DNA of 64,000 bases from Callorhinchus milii. Its lineage: Eukaryota. Positions 1-14,287 of the stretch are shown one piece after another (position 1 is the first letter of the stretch; each line of letters opens with the position of its first letter). The stretch covers positions 16,554,001-16,618,000 of the forward strand of contig NW_024704756.1 of the NCBI RefSeq assembly GCF_018977255.1, written 5' to 3'. A model generated the notes under the pieces. That model was not told the DNA's origin and did no database searches. It saw nothing but the letters and a program-made list of their open reading frames with translations. Made by a program: the position numbers and the translations under genes.

Positions 1-969
1 TTCAGCCCTGCTCTGAACTCCGTTTTGAGAGCGTTTATTGTTCTGCAAAATGGTTCATAGTAAACGTTAAAAAATGAGTCACGTTACTGCAAAGCACTGC
101 TCGCATTTGCTGTCGCCCAGCTCTCCTGTTCGCCCCCACCAACGCCTCCTGTCCTGAGCGACCGCCCAACAGTCAGACATCAAGTCCTTAACTTCCTTCA
201 ACTGAACGTCAAATATAAACCACCCTATCCTGCTCGGCTCATACCAGGAACTGCCAACCATCGGCTCTGAATCTATCGACCTCATTCATTTTGTGTGAGC
301 CTCAGCTCTCTCTCCCTCGCTGTGACCAAATCCACATTGGCCCCGTTGCCTCACTCCAGGCAAGGTCAAAGTGGAAGGTCTTCAGACGGACCTTGAAAGA
401 GGCAATGGAGGTTAAGGGGGTCTGGGATGGAGGTCCACAGGGTGGGGGAAGGCCCCTGGGTGGGTGACGTGGAGCTGGTCAGTGCCCACTGAGCAGAGGG
501 AGTGGACAGATTGGTAGCATTTTAGTGGGTCGCAGAGGAAACCGAGGCTCTCAAACTCATCTAAATACAAGTTCTCTGATAGAGCCAGACCGTCCCCCTC
601 CCCCCACATCCCCCCCCCCCATCTAAACTCCACGTCGCCGTGAAATGACCCTTTAAGATCATTAACCATTTATAAAATATCCCCAACAAAGTGTGTGTAA
701 AGTGTGTGACCACAGCCTGTACCAGATATCACAGAGCAACAAAGTTAATGGGAGAGACGGAAGACGACAGCAATAACCTGGAGATCACATCAACCACAAG
801 AGATCAGAGAGAAGCCAACACCAACCTCTTCACTCCTTCACACATTTCTTTGCCTTCCGAACCCTCGCCACGATGTTGGGGGCAATCTGCCAGACATTTC
901 TCCAAAGTATCACCACGCCACTTGTCTTGAACTTAGGAAAATAAAGTTATGAGTTTCTTTGCTTTCCCA

Positions 970-1420
970 AAACACAAACATACATGGATACACACACACA
1001 AGAGATACACACACACACGGATACACACACACATACAGATCCATGCACTTAAATACACTCATGCGCTCAAACGTACACACTCCTCCAGTCCAAACACTGA
1101 CCATTGAGTGTTGACCAATTTAGTACAATCTCTAGTTCATCTGATCTGGCGTCTTAATTTAGAGTCTGGCTTTTAAAGACACACACATACATACTTACAC
1201 AGACATACAGATACACGCACATACATATATACATACAGACATATACACAGAGACACACACAAGTGCCAATATAGAGGCACAGACACACATACACAGTCAG
1301 AGAGAGAGACATCCACACACACACACACAAATACACATACACAGACAGACATCCACACAACCGCACACGCACACATACACATACAGAGACACACACACCC
1401 ACACACACATACACACAAGT
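970..1420. repeat. Degenerate (CA)n/(CATA)n microsatellite tracts
   Basis: Two CA-rich tracts, ~970-1080 and ~1178-1420. Confidence 0.85.
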
Positions 1421-4400
1421 ACCAATACAGACCTGGTCCCAGCTGTTTGGGTCGGTTTGTTTGAGTCTTTGAAACCGAGTCTTTCGACGGCAAGTTGTGC
1501 GTGTGTTGGGGGGGGGATTGCGAGTGACAGTGGCACCAGCCAATGGCTGTAAATCGAGCCGGGGGTCGGGAACTTTTCTAAATATAACCAGAGTCTGTGT
1601 TACTGATGGGGAGGGATTTGTGCTGTGGTATCAGCCCGTCAGCCTGTCAGTCGGTCAGTCAATCAATGTCTGGGCTGGAATGTGCTCTAGAGACTGACCC
1701 ATGGGGCTTCTGTCTGTGTGTCTCTGGCTTTGTGTGTGTCTTTCTTTCCCCCTCTCCCCCCAACTCAGAAGTAGGGTGAAGTAGGAGGGTGGTGGGGGGG
1801 TGGGGGGGGAGGTTGGTCTCTGCGTCTGTGTGTGTGTGTGTGTGTATAATAAGAATAAGAATACTCCTTACATTTGATATAGTGCCTTATCACGTCTTCG
1901 AGACGTCTCAAAGCACATTGACTCTCAGAGTGTACACACCAGTCTGGGTTTGTGGGACACCTCAATCCCCTTTGTTGGAGGCCAGCGAGCGCTCCTGTCC
2001 TTTGCTCGGATTGTTTGCTTAGTCGACTCGATTGTCATTTGGAGGAATTCTCAGGGTCTATTTCTGTCTTTAGTTGGGGTCCAGCACATTCCAGTGTATT
2101 CCTCTTAAACAGGGAATATCTTACCCACAGAGATCTTAAAGGGACCACGTTCCTCATGTTTCTCGACAGCTTGGGCTCAGCTGGAGTCGTGTGAGGTGTT
2201 TGTCTGGGTCCTATTTGCACTCGATAAAGTCACGCTTTCAAAAGGTTTTTCTTACAACTGGAATAAATGAATGGACACAGAATACTTTTGTTCACCTAGA
2301 ATAGTAAAAGAACAGCAACAACAGCAACTTGCATTTTATATACAGTGCCTCAAATGTCTCAAAGCATTTTACAGAGATAGAACTGGAGACGGGGTAGAGG
2401 TGAGTGTGTGAGTGGGGTGGGGTGGGGGGTGGGTGGGGGGGTACGATGGAGATTACTAAAGGTGCAGTCATTGATAAGAAATGTATATAACTTACCTACG
2501 TATAGTGAAAAGCAAAAAAAAAGGGAGTTTTCAGGAGAGGAGAAGAAAAATGTGTTTTATGCATGTTAAAAAAATACTTTTTATTTTTAAAGTGAATCTG
2601 TAATTTCACTGAAAGAGTCTCAGGAAAGTCTCAAAGTCAACTTTATTCGACTTAGTTCCGCACAGATATTACACAGTTTCCAGCCAAACAATATTCAAGT
2701 AGCATCTGAATAAAACTATTTTACTTGCATTGAATCGAAGTTCTACCTTTCTCTCTCTCTCTCACACACAGACACATCTCTAGATTACTGCTTGTTACAC
2801 ACTTGTTCACACGAGCACGCTGAGTTTACTCGATTAATAGTTAGCAACAAAATGTCACGGAATTTTGAAATTAGTGAATGTAGAGAGACAGCACCACGTG
2901 GCGGGTGGAGATTTAGGATCTAACTTTGGTTTATCTTAAAGGGTTTCTGCGAGGAGATTTGAACTCACATGAGCGCGAGGTCACATAAAAAAACACTTAA
3001 GTAATTGAGAGTTGATGTACGTTTTCAGCTCTGCTTCAAAGAAGCAGGGAATTGGGATGAGAGAAGATGGCTCCTATAGGGAAAAGCTGTCACCAGCATA
3101 GGTTCAAAGGCCCAAATGGCCTCCTTCAGTCTGTAATTTCTATCTATTTACTCTTTCCTTTCGCTCAGCAGTAGGCAAATTCAAGTAATGGGAGAGGCCA
3201 CATATCTATAATAATCCTTGTATTTGATATAATGCCTTGTCAAGTCTTCCGGACGGCTCAAAGCGCTTCACAGGATACACTGTAAAGTGAATTGACTCGG
3301 GTCCTCTCGCTTGCGAGGCGAGTGCTCTAACCAATACGCTACAGGACTCCACAATACATTACAGCACTCCACGGATGCAAGCTTTGAAACTTGGACACAC
3401 ACACACACACAAACACACGCGCACACACGCACAGACACACAAAATCCAATCAACATGAACAACTGGGCAAGATAAAACAGATAAAACTCAACCGATGGTT
3501 TAACCCGACTCCCAGTGCCAGTTAACCTTTTGTCACTTGCTGCGATTTACTGTTGTTGCTCGCGCTCCCACAGAACTGAACCATTAAACCATTAATTTCA
3601 AAAGTTTATTCTCTCCAGTGACAACACCAGAACCGACCACGACTCAAAAAAGTTTTAACAAAACTTGGTGAAGGACCAAATTCGTCCTCAAACCATCAAA
3701 CTCAAACTTTTAATCCAAACCGATTTACTGAAAAATGACAGTGCGATTTAATAATAATCCTCGCATTTGATACAGCGCCTCATCACATCTTCAAGACGTC
3801 TCAAAGCGCTTAACAAGATATACTGTAAAGTGAATTGACTGTATTTTGTGGGCGATTTAATTAATGATTTGTTGCTGTCACATGAACGAATCCTGCCAGA
3901 AAGGAGGTGATGTGGGTGGGGAATGAGGAGGGTGTTGATGGGGGTCGTACGTCAATTAGAGATGGAGAAAGCCTCAGGGTCACTCTATAGAGGAGGAAGA
4001 GATGGGACTTGTAGTGTCCAATAGAAGAAGTCATGAAGAAGACATCTTGGGTGTTACCAGATTCAGTCTAGTTCTCCAGGAACCTCCATCAGAAGAAGCT
4101 ATGAGGACAACTATTAGTTGACTGAATGCCTCGGGTGTCGATTCAAGGAATCTGATGTCCAAATCCGTTGGTTATTGATAATGGAGGCGTTTGATGCCAA
4201 TCAGAGAAACAGTCTATGGCTGATGGGGAAAATCTTGAGCACTGACCTGGGTAGTGAGTCAGAGGAACCTGAATTGTCTGATGAGAAACAAGGAGTGTTG
4301 ACTTTCAACGTCAACCCAAGATACTTTCAAGCGTCTCACAGAAGAAACCCTTGTGATGTTGACAAGAGGCCCTGGGAGTGGTTGGGAGGTGAGTCTGGAG

Positions 4401-5459
4401 TTGGTGAGGGGCAATGCTGAGCTGCCTTTGTGAATCCTGGCGTTCCCATCACCATCAATCCTGCAGCTTTGGAGGAGTCTTCAGGCATCTGCAATAGTAG
4501 GACACTTTATCTTTTTTTGGAGGCTAGTATTGTGTGGTTGGGTAGAGATTAGAGTTTGTAGCGCAGGATTCGGCGGTGTTAAATTCTCTTTTACTGGTTT
4601 CGGTAGTTTAGAGTTTGGTAGTGAAGGGATGACAGAACTATTTAGAACAGTCGCGGGCCGCCAGTAATTACTGTCGCATGTTGTGTGTAGTGACTCTGTA
4701 TTTCTAGGCAAACACGGCAGCTCATTTATACGCAACAAGCATCTAAAAAACAGACATGAGGTGAAGCCACCAGTTTAACAGGAAGATTGTTGGCCAGGAC
4801 ACTGAGAGAAACTTCCTTCTCTTTTCCATCTGAACCAGCAGTCAGGGCCTTGGTTTAACATTTCATGCAAAGGACAGTACCTTCGATAATGCAGCAAGCT
4901 CCCCCCGAGCACTTCATTGGAGCATCAGCCTAGATGAACATTGAGGTATGTTTAGACACTGCACAGCGAACACAGTATACACTGGGCGTGTGGTACATCC
5001 AGGCATCGAGGCTCCTGGTGTCTCAGTAACCTTTGGAAAGGCTTGGCAGAGAGGCGGTGGACTTCCTGCGCTGCGCAGTTTGGTGACATGGTTGGTGACC
5101 TGCTGACCCTAGAGCACTGACCAGCAGCCGTGCTGTATTACCTCTCATTATAACCCGGGGTCTGTGTTTATGGACCTAAACGCGATATACCAGGGGTCTG
5201 ACTGTATTCAGCATCCACCACAAAGAGACAGGTCATTCAAGATGTACCGAGCGCCAATCAGACCGACTCCCTGTTATTTGGGGAGATAATAATTTAGTTA
5301 ACGTTAAGCCGGAGTTTCTCGGGCGATGATAAATCAGCACAGACGCCCAGCCAGCACCGGGGCCTCGCACGATCATTTAAAAAAATTGCAATCGTTTATT
5401 TTTTTTTCAATTTTCCAAATACAACATCGAAGAGTCAACAGTCAACAACCCCCAACTTT

Positions 5460-5630
5460 AGGTGGGATGGGATAGGGTGGGATTCGATGGGGTGTGATGG
5501 GATAGGGTCAGGCGGGATAGGATGGGATAGGTTGGGGTGGGATAGGGAGGGGTGGGATTCGATGGGGTGGGATACGATGGGGTGAGGTGGAATAGGGTGG
5601 TGAGGGGTGGGATAGGGTGGGGTGGGTGAG
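5460..5630. repeat. GG(G/A)T(A/G)-type pentamer simple repeat
   Basis: ggtgggatgggatagggtggg.. repeated. Confidence 0.85.
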
Positions 5631-6471
5631 GAGAGGCTAAGGTTTGAGTGTAAGAGTCTCGTAAAGAGTCAGCAGGTAATGACACCTTATCACTTACAGA
5701 CGTACATATCTAAAAGTCAATCAATACCTTTAAAACAGACAATGACAAACGTACATGCAGATACTCGAATGAACAGAGATATGGAGAGTTGGGAAGGTAA
5801 GATGCAGGGACTAAAGTCAAAAGCAGCTCCTCCCCCCCCCCACCTCGACCCCCAACTTCCCCCATCGTTGGGTATTCAGTGACGGAACCAAAGTGAGATG
5901 CCCTCGATGTTAAACACATTCGAGGGAGAGGGGGAATGGGGGATGGACATGGAGCAGCAACCTTGAGCTAGTGAAGGACAAGTGAGGTCAAGAACTCAGT
6001 CATATATGTGCTCAGTTGTGGTATAAACAGGAACCTCCACTGTCTGAGGATCTAAACATCTCCCATTTAGGGTGTAACACAGTCTGTCAAAAATCCATCC
6101 CAGCACAGGAGGCCGCCTGACATTACAGCTCATTGTGATGTCGAATTAAATTATTTTTTCCAATGCAAAAGTCTAAAGTTCACTTCACTTGGATGTGAAA
6201 GGGCAGCCATGAGGGATCGTGGTCTCCCAAGCCTCCATTCCTCTCTTCAGACACACAAAAACACGCTATAAACAGGACAACGAGGGGTTAAAGCGTCAAT
6301 GAAGAATGCGTGCGGATTGTGAGCCAGATATTTCTGCATGTGAATACTATAGTAATACTAACAACTCTTTAGTGGGAATACCATTCGGTCTTCCAAATTT
6401 CCTGGAACAAAAATATTCCTGTTTTCTCCTTGTTTCCTCTGCCAAGCAAATCCACACAGCACTGCTGCATA

Positions 6472-6832
6472 ATAATTATAATGACAATCCTCGCATTTGA
6501 TACAGCACCTTATCCCGCGCTCGGGTACGTCTCAAAGCGCTTCACAGAATATACTGTAAAGTGAATTGACTGTGTATTTTGTGGGCAAAATGCAGAGCCA
6601 ATTGCACACAGCAGCGTCCCACAGACAGTCGTGGATTAAGTGACCAAATTTTATTTTGTGAAGGGATTATTACCCATGGAAAGCGATCCGCCAATCAACT
6701 AACATCCGGGTTCCTACTTACTGCTACGTAAACAGAGGCGTGTGGAGTAAGGAAACTTGTCTAAGGTTCTGCCCCGCCCAGGAATCAAACCCGGGTCCTC
6801 TCGCTTGTGAGGCGAGTGCTCTAACCACTGAG
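6472..6832 (-). mobile_element. SINE, same family, near full length
   Basis: Reverse complement of the 18165-18550 element, including tRNA-like head and (ATT)n tail. Confidence 0.8.
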
Positions 6833-8358
6833 TTGTTGATAAGTTGTTATGCAACCGAGGCACATGGTGAGTATAACACGCGTGAAGCCTCTGAAATTGT
6901 CCAAAGACTTTAGTGGAGACATTCCATCAGGCTCTGGCTTCTTCTATATTCTGAACTGGCCTGTGAATGTGTGTCAGCATATCTGGCTTGCAATCCAAAA
7001 TCCAAGCCTCCCTCTCTCCCTCCCTCCATCACATTTTCCCATTTGAGCAACGCTGGTCAACAGTTTACCTGCTATTCTCCATTTATAGCTAATTAGCATC
7101 CAGTTGACCAAAGAGGCATGGCAGTGGTTTAGTTAGTTAAGCAGAGATTTTTCTAAAAAAATACGATATAGGAAACAAAGGAAGAATTTGTTTTACACAC
7201 AGAGGGTTATGAGGATGTGTAAAAAGTGGTTGGGGAGAAAAAAGTCAGGGAACTAACAAGTCAGCTCTTACAGAGAGCCAATGAGTCCAATGGCCCTCCT
7301 TCAGTGCTAAAATAATTCTATAATGCTCTACAATTCTATATTATCCCATTTTCTTCTCAGTTAAATGCCAGGAAACCAATGCCATAGCCCAGTCACTCTT
7401 CTGGAGGGTGGGAGTAAGTGGAGGGGGGAAGAAAGGTCTGCAAACCAAGAAGGCGTTCAAGTAACTCCACACTCACACACCTTGAAGTCACAGGTGTACG
7501 TACAAGCTGAGGCGACAAACTAGACAACACAACATACAACAACAACAACAACAACAGTCTGTTCCCCACCGTCTACCTTCCTACGTGAAATCAGGAAATA
7601 TATGGCGGTAAAGCTTTCAGTCACAGTGTGGTAGCAAATGTTCCCCTGTTCCTTCTCCCCCTAGATTTTTTGGGGGTTCGGTCAATTTTCAATCCCAAAA
7701 TTTAATTTGGTTTAATTTCGGTTCATAAACAAACTAACGGAGGTTTACGCAGTGGCGGTGGGGGAGGGCAATCCGTACATTTTAAAACCCCAAACTATTG
7801 GGACAGATTCCGCCCCCACCCCCACAAAGAAGTAAACACTGATGTCTATGGGTGTGTTTGTTATGGAGTTACACTGAAGACCGTTACAACACGAGTGGTG
7901 GGTAAACAGTCCTTGTCCCAGTGAGCTGCATGTCACAGTGAAACTGGTAAAAGAGCAGAGCGCGAGGTGATTAAGGCAGGTTTGGATCTGGGGGATGTGA
8001 CTGAGCTTATATTTCTTTTCGACCGTGCCTTCGACCACCCTCCTACCCCTACCCTCCCTCCCTCCTGATCCTGACTCCCAGCTCGGGTCCGAATCACTGA
8101 CTGTCCAGCGCCTTGGGAAGTCCTCCCGATCTGGAGGGGAGCTGCGTGATGTAAATGTTGTTGTTGTTGTTTTACACACACAATAGTCAGAGCAAAGTGG
8201 AGGTGGAGCCATTTAAGTTGAACGGGTCCAATAGGAACAGGCAAGGGCTTGCTTACACAATGGGGTGGGTGGGGAGCGAGTGGGTGGTGGGGGGGGGTTG
8301 GGGGAGGGTGGAGGGGAAGGGGGTGGGGGAGGAGGATGGGGGCACTGTCCCTTTAATA

Positions 8359-9210
8359 TCAAGAGGTTCTGCACATATTTTGGTCAATGGCATCTTTCTT
8401 AATACCGTTCATTCTGTGGTTTTTCAGATAAGTGGCGCTGTGATCGGACAGAAAATCGTTTATGTCGCTGGCCTTGAACTGTGCAAACTTACGTCCGTAA
8501 AAGGTACTTTTGCCCGGCCGAGGCTCGTCTTTCTGAAACTGTCTCAGACAAGCCTTGAAGATCAGGTAGCCCGCCTCGGCGATGTTGAGCAGCACACAAA
8601 CACCGGACACCACCAGCATGAAGATGGTGAAGATGGTCTTCTCGGTGGGTCTGGACACGAAGCAGTCCACGGTGTTGGGGCACGGCGGAGCGTCGCACTT
8701 GACCAAGCGGATCATCCTGAAGCCGGGGTAGATGAGATAGAATATGTAGAGGAACGCCGCCTCGAAGATGACCCTGAAGATCACGCTGATCACGTACGTC
8801 CACCACAAGGAGCCTGTGATGTGCACCTTCCTCCTCGCCAAGTGCTCGATGTCCTTCTCGCCCACAGACTGACCCGACAGCTGCTTGAGCCGAAAGAGCT
8901 TCTTGTCCACATGGTGTTTGTGAGCCACATGCATGGCCACCAGTAGGGCGGGCGTGGACACCATGATCAGCTGCAGGGACCACAGCCTGACGTGGGAGAT
9001 GGGGAAGAACTGGTCGTAGCAGACACTGTTGCAGCCCGGCTGTTGGGTGTTGCACGTGAAGCCCGTCTTCTCGTCTCCCCAGACGCTTTCCGCAGCCACC
9101 ACCAGCACCATGATCCTGAAGATGAACAGCACAGAGAGCCAGATCCTGCCGATGCCAGTGGAGTGCCTGTTCACCCCGATCAGAACCGCATAGAAGCCCT
9201 GCCAGTTCAT
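8359..9210 (-). CDS. GJB1: Gap junction beta-1 protein (connexin 32), single coding exon, 283 aa
   Basis: Starts [48 protein letters not shown], which is Cx32-like. Has both extracellular Cys motifs ([12 protein letters not shown]; [12 protein letters not shown]) and SRPTEKT. Splice acceptor ttccag just upstream (exon starts 9223). Syntenic with IGBP1/SNX12/FOXO4. Confidence 0.93.
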   Translation of the reverse strand: MNWQGFYAVLIGVNRHSTGIGRIWLSVLFIFRIMVLVVAAESVWGDEKTGFTCNTQQPGCNSVCYDQFFPISHVRLWSLQLIMVSTPALLVAMHVAHKHHVDKKLFRLKQLSGQSVGEKDIEHLARRKVHITGSLWWTYVISVIFRVIFEAAFLYIFYLIYPGFRMIRLVKCDAPPCPNTVDCFVSRPTEKTIFTIFMLVVSGVCVLLNIAEAGYLIFKACLRQFQKDEPRPGKSTFYGRKFAQFKASDINDFLSDHSATYLKNHRMNGIKKDAIDQNMCRTS

Positions 9211-9309
9211 CTCCCCTCGAAGTCTGGAAGGAACGCCAACAGCTAGAAATCAAGTCTCTCCGTCTCTCGGTTCTTCCGTGTCAGCATCAACCCAGCGCCT
9301 TTTTCTGAC

Positions 9310-9480
9310 TGCCGATCATATGGCCTGCGACGTTCTACATATAACATCCCCACCACAAGGATTCCTTTTATTTCGCTAACAAAACAGTATTCAGTTCCGA
9401 CCCCTTCATGCCCACCTACACCAGATAAAGGAATCTGTGTACTGAAGTCACAGAAGCAGCATGCGCCCATTATCCATTGT
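9310..9480 (-). promoter_or_regulatory. Candidate proximal (nerve-type, P2-like) GJB1 promoter
   Basis: On the minus strand: ACAATG (9475-9480), EGR-like GGTGTAGGTGGGC (9410-9422), weak inverted SOX-like pair (9355-9371), TATA-like TTATAT (~9339-9344), then CATATGA. The order resembles the mammalian P2 promoter as I recall it. Confidence 0.45.
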
Positions 9481-12400
9481 TTTCTCTCTCTCTCTCTCTA
9501 ACCCACGTTCCCCTTTCTCCACCGCATGAATGTACCGTGTTTTGAGGGAAATGAACACTCTAATTAAACAATTTCTCCTCCTTCTTTCTCCCCCCACCCG
9601 CCACCCTCCCCCAATCCTATTCCTTATCCAATGCTTCTGGTAATTGCATTCTTCGTTTGCGAGCAATCCCAGGAGAACCAAAGTTTTCTTGAACACATTT
9701 CGAACTTCTAAGACAAAAAAAAAAGTACACACACACACACACACGCGTATATATAAAATGAATAATTTTTTTGAATATCTTCTCATTTTGTTCAGCTGCT
9801 CGGCACAAAATCAAATCTCCTGCGGGGGTCAGAACACAGTTTTTGCGCTTGTGGAATAAAATAAATAAAAATTGCAAAGATGAAAGTGGTGGATCGGGCG
9901 GCAGTGGAGAAAGGGACCTTCCCCACAACACACCTCGCGATTGTGTCCTTTCACTCACAACCGTGGAACCCAAGGAAGAAAATTCAGCCGTTTAATATTT
10001 AAGATGATTTAAGAATTTGCCTGCAAACTCAGTCACTATAATAATAATAATCCTTCCATTTGACATAGCACCTTGAGTGATAAATACTTCACAGAATATA
10101 CTGTACAGTGGGTTGACTGTGTATTTTGTGGGCGAAACATGGCAGCCAATTGCACACAGTCGTGTCCCACAGATAGTCGTGGGTTGAGTGACCAAAAGGG
10201 GCTTCGGTTTAACGTGTCATTTGAAGGATGGCACCTCCGACAATGCAGTGCTCCCCCACAGCACTGCACTGGAGTGTTTAGTCTAGATGATGAGTACAAA
10301 GACTCAATGTGGGTCTTGAACCCACAACCTTCTGACTCAGCGGTGAGAATGATCACAGTACTAACTGAGTTAAGCTGATACCTCACTGAAATTGGCCGTC
10401 AGATACTGATAACCAAGACTCTGCTCGTCCCCAAATATTCAGCCACTAACACTTGACAGTGAATATCTGTGGAGCCTTTGATGTTATAGGCGCGATGATC
10501 AAGGATCATCATAAGGAGAGCATTATGTGAGTGAGCTCAGTGCTTGCAGCGATGGTAAACACTCGGCATGTGATGTGAGTGTGAGAGGTCGTTTTGTTTG
10601 CCTGTGGGAAGCTGTGCTCCCATTTGATGCATTTAAAATCTTCCTCAGAGTCGCCTTCAGTTGCTGCCGATGTGGGAATGTGATGGTGGGGAGGGACGGC
10701 GGCGAGGCAGAAAATATCATTCCAACACATTGTGTACAAGTCAGGCTACAGACATAGCCAAACGCTAAGGTATAATGATAATAACAATCCTGGGATTTGA
10801 TATAGCACGTTATCACATCGTTGAGATGTCTCAAAGCGCTTCACAGGATATACTGTATTTATATTTTCTTTATTAAAGTGGATCGCCCACAAAATACCAG
10901 TCAATTCACTTTACAGCATATCTTGTGAAGCGCTTTGAGACGTCTCAACAACGTGATAAGGCGCTGTATCAAATGCCAGGATTATTATTATTATATAAGA
11001 AAGTGCTGATGCTGTAATGTGGGGATGGCTGGAGAGGTTCTCTGGGAGCGTGAGACGAACCCTTTTTTTGGTCTGAACCTCAATCGTGCAAACTGAATTA
11101 TTTTCATTAAAACAGATCGTTGCTTAACGCCTTCCGTTCCACCACAGGACCCCCCCGCAATGTTGACCTTTCACCGTCACCCGTCGGCAGCAGAAGGGCG
11201 CGGTTGACGAGAACCTGAGTCACTGCGACCGTCAAAGGTCTTGCGTGGGAGGCCGCAGAAGATGCCCCGATGGGGCGGTCTCTCACTCGCTGCCGTCAAT
11301 GCAACGACTGACGTCAAGGCCGAGCGAGGACTGTGATGCTGAATGTCATCCTCTATTCACTTTGCCAAGTTGCGTCGCGAGTGGTGGCCACAGAGCGTTG
11401 GGAGACACTGTTGCTATTGTCAGGAAACACACCTACACACACTCTCTGTCGTCGGTCCCAGCCCTTGCTGGAAAGTTCAAGACACAGTCTTGTGGCTCAC
11501 TCACTGCTGCTCTGGTGTATCAACAGCAAAGGGCAGCTCTACACACACACACACACACACACCTCCCAGCCAACAGCTCTGTTGTGGTCAACAGTATAAA
11601 TACAAGTTCCATGCCACTGCGAAGGTTATAATAATAATAATCCTCGCATTTGATACGGCGCCTTCTCACTTGGTTGAGACGTCTCAAAGCGCTTCACAGG
11701 ATATACTGTAAAATATATATTGTAATATTTAGATTTAACAATACACTGCAAGCTAAATACAGAGCTGCACCCTGTGCTCTGTACTGCGCTCCAGGCTCCA
11801 GTTTGTGATATTAAGAGTGTAGGAGGCACGGAGAGTGATTTTCACAAAGCCACCAAACCGGCGTTCGGTAATTTGTCCGTCCTGAACCCCAACGGGATTC
11901 TTCTCAGAGGTTACCAGAGATTGCTCGTTGGATTATACCGTATAAAAATCCTGATGTAGGGAATCAGGTTCTTTTTTGGCCCGGGTTCAAGCCGGTGGAT
12001 GTGCAATAGGCACACGAAGCCACAAGGCGGCATTCAATGTCACCGTCCATGTCGCCCCCTCTCACCCTTCACCCAGAACGGGGTCTTACTGGCGGTTTTA
12101 CTGCAGCTGGAGCCCGGTCTGCGAAGGGGAAACTCGTCTCCGAGCGTCCGATGCATCCAGCGGCGGAAGAATGTGACTCATTCTATGGCGTATTGATCAG
12201 AAAGATTGCAACTAGTAAATAAATAATTAGGTCAGTGTCACCTGGCTCAGTATTGGGGGGAGGGGGGGGCTCTCGTCTCCGAGTCAAAGGTTGTGGTTTC
12301 ATGTCCCACAATCAGGACTTTGAGATCCTAGTCTAGGCTGACGTTACAGCACAGGGGCTGGGGCTACATTTATGGAGGTGTCATCCTTCACCTGCCCGTC

Positions 12401-13944
12401 CTTCAGATGAGACGTTAAACCGATGCCCCGTCTGTGCCTGTTCAGGTGAACGATAAAGATTCCGTGGGCGCTATTCGAAAAGACAAGGGAGTTTCTCTCT
12501 CTCTCTCCCAGTTTCCTGGCCAACAATCCCCCCAAATAAAATTGGTCGCTCGCTCCACGGCTGTTCGTGGAACAAATGCACACGGTCGCTCCTGTGAAGC
12601 GCTTTGAGAAGTCCTTCCAACGTGATAAGGCGCTGTACCAAATGCAAGGATTATTATTAACATACAGTCACTAGACTGTACCCTAAATCCTGTAAAGCGT
12701 TTTGAGACGTTTGGATGTCTACTTCCCACCCCCTATGTTTTGGAAAATGTCACACAGAAGAATTCCGAATCCCGAAATTCCACCCAGTGTCAGTCTGTGA
12801 GGCCACTTTGCGGTAAAATACGAGACCCTGTAAAACTGGGGCCAAATTCTCAAACTGAGTCTTGAGCTTCTTTAAGAACAGAGGAAACCCAGACTCCAAA
12901 TTAAGACTCAAATTCAAGAATTTTCTGCAATTCTAAGCCGTCATGGTTGAAGATTAATAGCATTGCTATTGCTATTGTTATTGCTATTATGATTATTATT
13001 AATTATTATTATTAACGCTGGCTTTTACTCCCTAGCCAGAATAATGGTCAAATCAAAGGTGCAATTTTTTAAAATAAAAAAACAAGTCACCACTTGTAGT
13101 GGATCAGAGAAGAGAATCCATTAGAGTTTGTGCTTCTCTGACTTCTTGTTTATAGGTTTAAACCATATGTTTCGGAAGATTCTAGAGAGAAGAGCGCACA
13201 TCGCAACCCCCGGAGTCTCGGGATTTCACTTGTGCCTTCAGAAAGCACCACTTTGTCTGGGGATACAGTGCATAGTTTGGGACACGACATGTCAAAGTGA
13301 CTGCCTGCCAGGATGGTGGAAGGCAAACTGGATGGACTTTGGTCTTCTTTCGCCAACAGATTCTGATGTCCTTAAAATAATTCCCCTCAAAGTTAAACCC
13401 ATGTAACTCCCTCTCTCTCAGCCAAGTCTGGATGACGCAACCTCCTTACTCTATTGCAACGGCCGGTCAGAGAATCGGTCGGTCAAAAATGACATCAGCG
13501 CGTGAACACTGGAGCAGAACGTTCCTACACTCAGAAGCACGGTCCTGAACAGGGCAGCCACGTTAACCCGAGGAACCTTCTTAGTTAAGTTTGATACGGT
13601 GGAGCAGGAAGAGAGAGCACAGGCAGGGAAACATCTCCACCATCTGTAATGCATTAACAGGCATATTTTAAAAGCTTCCTGTCTCCAAAGTTTCTCGCCA
13701 GACAAATGAAAAGCCACTTGAAACTCGCTGATGGGAGAAGAAATGCCAGACACCAAATAGCTGATGCAATACTGACTCAGTGAATGAATTTCATAGCTGG
13801 ATGCCTTAGCTCTCACTAAACAGTCACCTCTTCAAAAGCATGTTCGTGAGGATTTTTTTAAAAAAAAATAGAGGGTTTTGAAGGCAGCGAGAGGAGGGAG
13901 GGGAGGCCTCAGGGCAACCAATAACGCAAAGTTTCCTTCAAAAC

Positions 13945-14287
13945 CGTGCGCTCCCTCCGCTCAGGGGTCTCGGTCCTGCGCCATGTCCTCTCCCTACTAA
14001 CCCCACCATCAGGGTCAGGCCTTCAGCCTCTCTGCCCCCACCCTTTGGAACTGCGACTCACAGTCCCTTGGTCTCGCTCGCTCATTTGCCTCCTTCAAGG
14101 CCTGTTTCAAGATCCTCCTCTTCGACCACGTCTTCGGTCACCCTCCTACTCCCACCCTTCCTGCCCTCCACCCCTCCTGATCCCAACCCTCAGGTCGGGT
14201 GAAATTCCTTGACTGCCCAGCGCCTTGGGACGTCCTCCCGACGTGAAAGGCACCGTGTAAATGTCCTTTGTTGTGGCTGTTGTTGTT
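13945..14287 (+). mobile_element. L2 LINE 3' fragment
   Basis: gccttcagcctctctgccccc..cagcgccttgggacgtcctcccgacgtgaaaggc..(TTG)n. Confidence 0.75.

Noticed and set aside
8155-9253. 263-aa antisense and 254-aa alternative-frame ORFs over GJB1
   Set aside because: Shadow ORFs expected from GC3-rich codon usage; no recognisable motifs.
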